Shown here: piece after piece, positions 55,865-64,000 of the stretch
Numbering within the stretch: position 1 is the first letter of the stretch
How the letters are laid out: each line of letters opens with the position of its first letter
From: Eledone cirrhosa
Taxonomy: Eukaryota
Length of the DNA: 64,000 nt
Assembly (NCBI GenBank): GCA_964016885.1
Contig: OZ024743.1
Span: forward strand, 326,058,001-326,122,000
Direction of reading: 5' to 3'
Notes under the pieces: generated by a model
The model's database searches: none
Seen by the model: only the letters and a program-made list of their open reading frames with translations
What the model was told of the DNA's origin: nothing
Made by a program: the position numbers and the translations under genes

Positions 55865-56521
55865 TAACTTATTTTGGTTATTATTGCACCGACGTGAGGT
55901 ATATGATTTTTAATGCAATGAAATATCGATGATCGTCGGCAAATCACTGATGAGGGACTCATTTTATTACATGTTATCCATGTGCTACCTGCAGTATTTT
56001 TCTCTATATTTTATTACATATATTTACCACTGCGATTCTGTGTTTTTTTCTCTCTCTCTCTTACTGCTCCCCCAGTCTCTCTGTTTCTCCCCCTCTGTCA
56101 TGTCAGTTAACTCTTCCTCACACTTTCACTCACTCACTGTTTCTCTTCTCTTCATTTCATCCTGTACACCACGAAGGCTATTTTTCTCTCTTCTCACATG
56201 GCCAGAGTTCGTGTCAGGTCTGTTTTCTAAAAGCGCTCATATATTCACCTAGCTTATGCTAAACAGAATAATTTTGAAGCTTGTTTCTTTCCCCTACGGT
56301 TAGCTATACTCTGTGTTGTTCTCCTGTCTCACTCGCTTTACGCGTTTCAATTGTCCTAATAACTTATTTTGGTTATTATTGCACCGACGTGAGGTATATG
56401 ATTTTTAATGCAATGAAATATCGATGATCGTCGGCAAATCACTGATGAGGGACTCATTTTATTACATGTTATCCATGTGCTACCTGCAGTATTTTTCTCT
56501 ATATTTTATTACATATATTTA
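55865..56521. repeat. About 160-bp direct repeat with period 495, between TA/TG tracts
   Basis: TAACTTATTTTGG at 55865 and 56360; pLTR-like layout. Confidence 0.75.
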
Positions 56522-56711
56522 TATATATATATGTGTGTGTGTGTGTGTATGCATGTATATGACCTCCCTTTACCCTTTTGGGGACAGCGTGTATTTTTTC
56601 TTTGGGAGGACTGCTGGATTTTCTAATCTACCAGTCTCTTCTTAGCGCTGAGAGAGACCATCACTATTCTATTAATGTCGATGTAATTCTTATATCGATG
56701 TTATTTGGGCA

Positions 56712-56835
56712 TCCACTGATGAGTTTATAAGAGCCCGCTTGTGTATAAAACTATGGATTATGTACAAGTTTCTACATAACCTGGAAATTATTTATCCCAA
56801 ATTGTAGAAATCTTATAACGAAACGATCGTCTGGA
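56712..56835 (+). ncRNA. Hammerhead ribozyme with long stem II
   Basis: TCCA-CTGATGA-GTTTATAAGA..TCTTATAAC-GAAA-CGATCG-TC-TGGA. Confidence 0.85.
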
Positions 56836-57650
56836 AGGAAAGAGATATTTATTTAATAATGTCTTATATAAAATAATACAACCAATTTTCAAAGAAATAC
56901 TGATTATTTAGCACCCCAAACACTAAATTGGGATAATACTTAAGTATATCCTAATGTTTGTTGAGTGAGATGGAGTTGGTCGGAGTATCGCTTAAGGCTT
57001 TCTCTGTTTATGTATTGTATATATATATAAATATGGGGGGGGGGGGCTCGGGAGAGTCAACGGCTATCCAATAATTTCTTTTTTTTTGTGGAGTGAGAGA
57101 CTCCTAGTTTTCATTAAGAGGTCACTCTTATATAAAACCTGCGACTTCGTTTGCATCCAATGATGTAGACCAATTCTACTTTTTAGGTAAATGTATTCGA
57201 TGTTCAGAGAGTGGGATTGACCCGTGCAAAGCCTTTCCTCACTTAAAAAAGCTCAAAGTACAGTTGTTATTATTATGTGACATTTTGAGGGCGGTGGATT
57301 GGCAGTATCGGTAGAGAGTCAAACGCCATGCTTTGCAGCATAAAATTACGGCTCTTTATGATCTGAGCTCAAATCCCGCACTGGGGTCGATTTAATCGAC
57401 TTTCCCCTCCCCCCAAATTACTGGCCTTGTGCCTATATAAGAAACCATTATTATGTGACATTTTTTTACGATACATGGCATTGCTGACCATAGGCAAGTC
57501 CCTAGCAGAACTAAAAAGCCACGTCCGTGATGCAACCATCATGCATATATATATATATCTATATATATATTGTGGCAAATAAAAGAAACATATATATATA
57601 TTATTCAAAATATTAATAAATGGATACATTCACATAATCAAAATATATGT

Positions 57651-57713
57651 TTTATTATATATATTTCGGAGGTACTGTGCTGTTTTTTTTTCAGTATGTC
57701 CTCATCAGATAAA
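57651..57713 (-). ncRNA. Hammerhead ribozyme, same family as 20261
   Basis: TTTAT-CTGATGA-GGACATACTG..CAGTACCTCC-GAAA-TATATA-TA-ATAAA. Confidence 0.78.
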
Positions 57714-57888
57714 ATACATAAATTGATGTATGACATACCTCAACTGTGCTGATGGTTCAATTCCAGTCTTGGCAGTCTGGAATATATGTTTTATTATATA
57801 TATTTCGGAGGTACTGTCTTGCCAAGACTTTTAATCTATTGTAAAATTATATTCATTGAGTAATCAATGAACCTTGTTTAACATTTGG

Positions 57889-57957
<69 letters not shown>

Positions 57958-57961
<4 letters not shown>

Positions 57962-58443
57962 TAAAAATGAAAAGAAATGCTGACAAATTTTTCCCAGTGA
58001 AAAATAGTTTAATTAGGAATAAGTATAAATTAGTAATAAGTATTAGTTAGTATTCAGTTTTAGTTTTAAGTTTTTACCGGTTGCGCATTTCTTATGCTTT
58101 TCAAAAATAATTTTGAGATAGTGCTTATTCACGTGACATTCAACAACCAACCAAATCTTAATACTTACCAAGCCACTTTTTTCACATAAAACAGGAAGAA
58201 TTTCCAAAACTGATCAGATTAGAGCAAAAATCACGAGCACTCTATCTCAAAATTATTTTTGAAAAGCATAAGAACTGCGCAACCGGTAAAAACTTAAAAC
58301 TAAAACTGAATACTAACTAATACGTATTACTAATTTATACTTATTCCTAATTAAACTATTTTTCACTGGGAAACATTCGTCAGCATTTTCTTTTCCTTTT
58401 TACTAATATATCACAACTTGTGTGTCACACCTCTATTTTTTAA
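57958..58443. repeat. Foldback element in (TA)n
   Basis: About 170-bp inverted arms around a spacer of about 110 bp; same family as 10460-10700. Confidence 0.8.
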
Positions 58444-58897
58444 ATATATATATATATATATATATATATTACGTAACGACAGTCAGACTATAATTAGAGG
58501 GTCATACATTTGGAAATCAATCCAGTGTGACATTATTCTATTGAAGCTAGCTCTTCTTCGATGGTGGACAAACGATCCAGTAGTGTTTACTATATAAACC
58601 ATCGCCAATAAGCTGATGTGAAATCAATAAAGGAATCATTACATTTCCATTACAAAAGTTAACTTTGTCTGTGTCTGATACCTGTGGTAAAGTAAGAAAC
58701 AATCAGTCAATAATGGAGCTGCTATATACTCCTTCGGTCTGCTTTAAATAACAGTTAGATTGCCCTCAAATAACATACTATCGTTTTAAAAAAGTAAAGG
58801 ACACGTTGAATAATACTCCCCGATATACAAAAAGACGTGATGTTCATGGTTGGAATGCCCTTGATTGTACGTCTGCTTGATCAAGACTGTCATAGAT

Positions 58898-60109
58898 CTA
58901 AACAATAAATATTATGCTGATGTTTAATTTGATGCAAATCTGTGTTATATACTTACATAAAAAACCTGTTTGTGACAAAATATCTGGCATCTGAGCAATT
59001 AACTTCCGAGGACACAAAATAACTGGCTGATCCCAGTTGGTTTCCTGATTGATCCAGTTCTTTGAAGCAGTTATTTCAAATTGCCACCTCAAAATATCTT
59101 TGATTGTTAATGACATAGAAGGGAACACGTTTACAAGAGCATGCATTGGTACATAAACTTGTCTCTGTCCTTTGTGGTCAGTTCTGATAAGTCCAGGAAG
59201 GTTATACATTAATCCATCAATGCCAGAGAATGGCAAAAGACTAAGAGAATATAATTCAGCAGAAGAACTCTCAAAATTTGTGCCACTGGAGTTATTGATG
59301 TTATTTTTATTTATATTCGATATGGAGGAATGGTAAAATGGTAATAAAGAGCAAGAAGAAGAATGCAGGTCTTTCGTTGTCCAATGTTTTTTAACAACCA
59401 TTTCAACCAAGCATGACCAGTAGAATATAACCTGCTTTAAATTGACAATAGTATCCATTTTAGGAATCATTTGGAATTTACGGAGAAACCTCGATTGGTG
59501 TTGAGAAGAACATATGTAGATATTCTGCGTTATTATAGGATACTTCAATTTTAAACGAAGGCAGTTTAACACAATGGTACAGTTTTTTCCAGTACAGCCA
59601 GGAAACAAAACATCTCTGATATCAGACCAGCTAGCCATGGGATTCCCATGCTCAATGATATGAGGAACAGACCATATGATCCGATTGGGTAATTTGGCTA
59701 TAGATTCACAGCACGATAAGAAATTGTTGTTCAATACACTATCTATGTTTGTTATTAACTGAGAGGCTTTGCAATTTAAACTGGACTCGTCTTTACTTAC
59801 GACATGCTTCCAATGTACCAACTTGTGTAAATTCTGTCTATTCTTCCAAACAACTTCCAAATTAACGATAATGGTTCCGGCGTTAACAGACTGGAAATTT
59901 TGCAGGAATTTCAATCGTTCGCTGCTGGTGCATTTGCGAATATTCTTTCGTAGTAGAGGATATTTCAGTGAAAATTTTAAACTATTTAGAACAATAATAC
60001 AGTTCAATTCAGAACAATCTGGAAACAGAGTAATTTTTACATCCAGCCAATTAGCCATTTGAATATTAGCAACAGTTATATGTGGTATACTTCTTATAAG
60101 GTCTTCCAT
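58898..60109 (-). CDS. Probable host exon encoding an unknown protein with a tandemly duplicated domain of about 95 aa
   Basis: 403 open codons of complex sequence; upstream acceptors (TTTTGCAG near 60165, TTCTCAG near 60111); possible GTAAGT donor near 58956. Confidence 0.7.
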   Translation of the reverse strand: MEDLIRSIPHITVANIQMANWLDVKITLFPDCSELNCIIVLNSLKFSLKYPLLRKNIRKCTSSERLKFLQNFQSVNAGTIIVNLEVVWKNRQNLHKLVHWKHVVSKDESSLNCKASQLITNIDSVLNNNFLSCCESIAKLPNRIIWSVPHIIEHGNPMASWSDIRDVLFPGCTGKNCTIVLNCLRLKLKYPIITQNIYICSSQHQSRFLRKFQMIPKMDTIVNLKQVIFYWSCLVEMVVKKHWTTKDLHSSSCSLLPFYHSSISNINKNNINNSSGTNFESSSAELYSLSLLPFSGIDGLMYNLPGLIRTDHKGQRQVYVPMHALVNVFPSMSLTIKDILRWQFEITASKNWINQETNWDQPVILCPRKLIAQMPDILSQTGFLCKYITQICIKLNISIIFIV

Positions 60110-60246
60110 TCTGAGAATTACAGTAGGAGTAAATCAATACAAAGCGTAGGTTTCTTCTAAATACTGCAAAATAAAATAGAAAATATATATGAAATAAATT
60201 ATGATAGTTTGCCGGTACCAGTAAAATAGAGAAACATGCTTTTTAA

Positions 60247-60462
60247 GATTATTTTACTGGTCCCGGCAAAATAGACCCCCAAGCTATTTTGCCGGTAAAT
60301 ATAAAAAGGGTTAGGATTAAGGTTTAAATTGTCTTAATTGGTGGTGAAAATAAATAAACTTCTGTGTTAAATCTGTGTTGTTACCTGCCTTCATAATAAT
60401 AATAATATTTACCGCCAAAATAGCCTGGGGGGGGGGTCTATTTTCCGGGACCGGCAAAATAT
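60247..60462. mobile_element. Palindromic MITE-like element
   Basis: Arms TTTTACTGGTCCCGGCAAAATAGACCCCC / GGGGGTCTATTTTCCGGGACCGGCAAAA. Confidence 0.6.
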
Positions 60463-60900
60463 CCTCTTCCAATTTTGATTTTACCACACACTAAAGACTC
60501 TATATGTATCAAGAGAAAACAAAACTGGAAGTTGTAACGTATAACTGGCGACACGAGATGGCCGAATTGTTTAGCAGTTCGCTTCGCAATCATTAGGTCC
60601 CAGGTTTTCCGCGATCTACAGATAAATGCCTATTTATTCAAGCCATGTTTGCCACCCTCATCTACCTTTCAACAAATTTACTTGGCGGTACATGTATATA
60701 TACATAAACAAGCGTTCTTATATATGTTAGAAAACATTTGCTGCGACAGTTGGGAAGGGTGAGAGAAGGGAAACAATTCTAATATTTTTAAGGGGAAATA
60801 ACTTCGTTTACAGTACTGTTTTCTTAATAGTTAAATGTTTAATTTATCCCATGCCTTAAGACTTATCAGACCGGAGCTTATCGCAGTTCCATTGGAATTA

Positions 60901-61250
60901 CTCTCGGGTCCCAAATAATAGTGGGGGGAGTAAGTGATGGGGTTGAAAAATCAGTAATTTTTCAAAGGTTGCCACCGTTAATTTTTTTTTTAAACTAGAA
61001 TTACTCGTTTAGTTTACATATTGAAACCCCAACTCATCCTATTTATTTTATAACGTTTGAGATTTCTAGTAATCTACTTTTTTGTCATGTATAATGTTTT
61101 TGAATGTCTAAAGAAAATTAATTGTGGCAAGAATGCTACCACTTAAAATAAAAATTTCGCCGAAGATAGATTAGCAAAATTTAATAAACGGGGTGGTTAA
61201 ATCTGAAAAACTAATAAGCGGGCGGGGCACGATTATTCGAGACCCGAGAG
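60901..61250. mobile_element. Tc1/pogo-type MITE
   Basis: TA-CTCTCGGGTC..GACCCGAGAG-TA. Confidence 0.75.
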
Positions 61251-62621
61251 TAAGCACCACCACTTCGACCACCATCATACCCACCACCAAGTAAATTTGT
61301 TGATAGGTAGATGAGGGTGGCAAGCATGACTTGAGTAAATAGGCATTCGTCTATAGATCGCGGAATGAACTGGACGACCGTTATTTTGGATGATAAGTGT
61401 TCCAGTTGTTTGCTCAATAGAACCTTCTCGTGAAATTAACGTGTATGTGGCTGGGCAATCCGCTGAGATGGTACCCTTAATGTAATTCTCAGTGAGATTC
61501 GGCTAACCAGGGACCTAATGATTGCTAAGTGAGTTGCTGAACCATTCGGCCATGTCGTGTCATGCTGAATCACCAGGAGAATTACGTCAATTTCCCCGCG
61601 AGGTTGAGTGGCCGTCCTCAGGAACAATGTATTCTAGGCTGGGATCCAGAGGAAGAGAGTAAGTTAGTTGGAGGTGGAGGATAATCGTTCGGACGTCACT
61701 TTCTCTCTATTTCTATATGTAGGAATAGCTTGAATCAATGATTTGATAAACTCGTTTGACATTTTAATTTTCCTTTGTATTCATTACGTCAATGAAATAC
61801 GTGTCTGTGGAATGCTCATATACTTGTTCGTTAACTTCACGAGTAGGCTGTTTCGTTGATTGAATATCTGGAACACTCGTCGACGGAGGTCCTATACAAC
61901 ACATACTTTAATATGACACAATTGTTGGGTAAGAAAAACTCTTTTTCTTATAGAAAAACAGGGGAGCTAACTCATCATTGTTATTATCTTAGGGCGATGG
62001 ATTGGCAGTATCGGTAGAGGGTCGGACGCCATGCTTTGCAACAAAGAGTTACGGCCCTTTATGGTCTGAGTTCAAATCCCGCCGAGGTTAACTTTGCCTT
62101 TCATCCTTACGGGGTCGATAAAATAAGGTACCAGTAATACACTGGAATAATTGCTGGCCTTGTGCCAAAAATTAGAAACAGTTATTATCTTAAGAAAGGC
62201 GGTGGATTGGCAGTATCGGTAGAGCGTCAGATTGTTCCTCAAAGCTTGTGTTGAACAAACAGGTGACAAATGCTAATTTTATTTTTTATATATATAATTA
62301 AATTATTGTGTACAGTGCTCAGCTGCACTACAACTTCCATATATATATATATATATATATATATAACAAAATTTACTTCGCTCTTTGGATGGCGAATACT
62401 TAAATGTATTCGTGAGTGAATAATAATTATATTATAATAATTGTTTCTACTTTTGACACAAGACCAGCAATTACCCCCAGTGCATTACTGGTACTTTATT
62501 TTATCGACCCCGTAAGGAAGAAAGGCAAAGTTAACCTCGACAGTATTTGAACTCGGATCGTAAAGGGACATAACTATGCTGGAAAGTATGTCCGATCCTC
62601 TACCGATACTGCCAATTATTA

Positions 62622-62795
62622 TATTGTTATTCGGTTTGTTTGCAAGCACACAGCCTCATAAAGCCATGTGTGTCTTATAGATGACCAACATCATCCTTTT
62701 GTCCCAGCGGTACAAATGGATGACGTTGGTTATCTATAAAACACACATGGTGTTTATGGGGCTGTTTGCTTGCAAACAAACCGAATATTAACAAT
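62622..62795. repeat. Near-perfect 170-bp hairpin, MITE-like
   Basis: ATTCGGTTTGTTTGCAAGCA.. / ..TGCTTGCAAACAAACCGAAT with a very short loop. Confidence 0.8.
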
Positions 62796-63008
62796 TCAGT
62801 GAAATTCCGTCATAACGAAATTCACGGGGTATTAAAAAAATATTCGTTGTAACGAAAATTTCATTATAACGAGATTGTCTGAAACAAATCGAACGTATTA
62901 CCTCAGGGACTGATCAGCTCAAGGTACAGATCGAACCTCGAGCTGATCAGTAGCGAAACGCGCGTCACCAACCAATAAACGTAATGAAGGAGTAACCATT
63001 CGTCCTTG

Positions 63009-63093
<85 letters not shown>

Positions 63094-63134
63094 AGAAAAA
63101 AGAGAATCAGTGTTGCGACGAAAGGAATTTATTG

Positions 63135-63229
63135 GACATATTACAATTGTTTCTCGGGTGACCAGCTCGAGGCACGATCGATATGGTGATCAAATCTGAC
63201 TCTGAAATCACACGGTCGTCGGATACGTC
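63135..63229 (-). ncRNA. Hammerhead motif with CCGACGA core
   Basis: GACGTAT-CCGACGA..GAAA-CAATTG-TA-ATATGTC. Confidence 0.65.
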
Positions 63230-64000
63230 TCGATTCTACGAAGCAGATTTTCCTATAACCCTTTAACATCGAATTTCTTCGTTTGTTGATTTAGATCCTG
63301 TTGTTGTCCTTCCATGAGTGGTCAAGAATTGTACACGTCACCGGTATTTCTAGCCACTCATGGTTGCCCACTTCTTGCTTCTTCTCGTTCTCCACCTGTC
63401 AATCAAAATTTCTTCATGTATCAGAATTACTACTGTGGTCGGAGAGGGGTTGTAATCTTGAACGGCTGGCATCACTTCGACGTCTTCATTGCCCCTAGGT
63501 ACCTTAGTCTACATCGGTGAGGTACACACCCGCAATTATGCTGTATGCGGCATTCATCATAAATAATGTTTTGCGGGAATTTAAAAAAAAACAAATCATA
63601 GGGATATTTAGCGTAACATTTGCAGGACACAGCCTTAGGATACACTCCGCCATACATATTTCAAAAAGAAAAAGAAAAAAACCTGTATCAAGAACGTTTT
63701 TTTAAAAAACGTTTTTAAAAGAAAGCTTTCAACAGCCATTCAAACGGAAGGGCTATATCAAAGGTGTTTTCAACAAATAGACCCAATTCTACACTCACAC
63801 ACTGGACTCAGGGTAGCGTGTGTAGCCAAGACGCCGCACATATATAGGCAGATGAGAAAAGAAAACTCCATGGAAAGTCATCCGTACTCCCACGCATACA
63901 TGCTCAGACAAATACATCGACCCATGCATGCGCACACCCGTGCTCATGCATGTCTGTGTGGGCACACATACATACATGCACCCGCGTGCTCCCACACGGG

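Noticed and set aside
58505-58682. Linking exon between the two host ORFs
   Set aside because: A good acceptor is present on the minus strand, but each frame meets a stop before a convincing donor.

Overview
AT-rich, microsatellite-saturated animal DNA. The SINE families and (TA)n/(CATA)n load suggest an octopus or another coleoid cephalopod (inference). Most of the window is mobile DNA: two R4/Dong-type RLE LINE families sitting in (CATA)n arrays, five copies of an RTE-like non-autonomous retroposon, several Penelope-like elements (PLEs, including a probable Naiad-type RT+GIY-YIG copy), an inverted CRE-like LINE, an internally deleted Gypsy LTR element, an internally deleted mariner, Helitrons, MITEs and tRNA-SINEs. 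Two long minus-strand ORFs (58.9-60.1 kb and 44.3-46.0 kb) look like host exons. The strongest hidden signal is about 22 type-I hammerhead ribozyme motifs read by eye, several inside 318-487 bp non-coding units that occur as circularly permuted tandem and head-to-head inverted copies within (TA)n arrays, resembling retrozymes or PLE pLTRs. Most ORFs in the supplied track are microsatellite artefacts. All calls were made by eye; no searches or folding programs were run.
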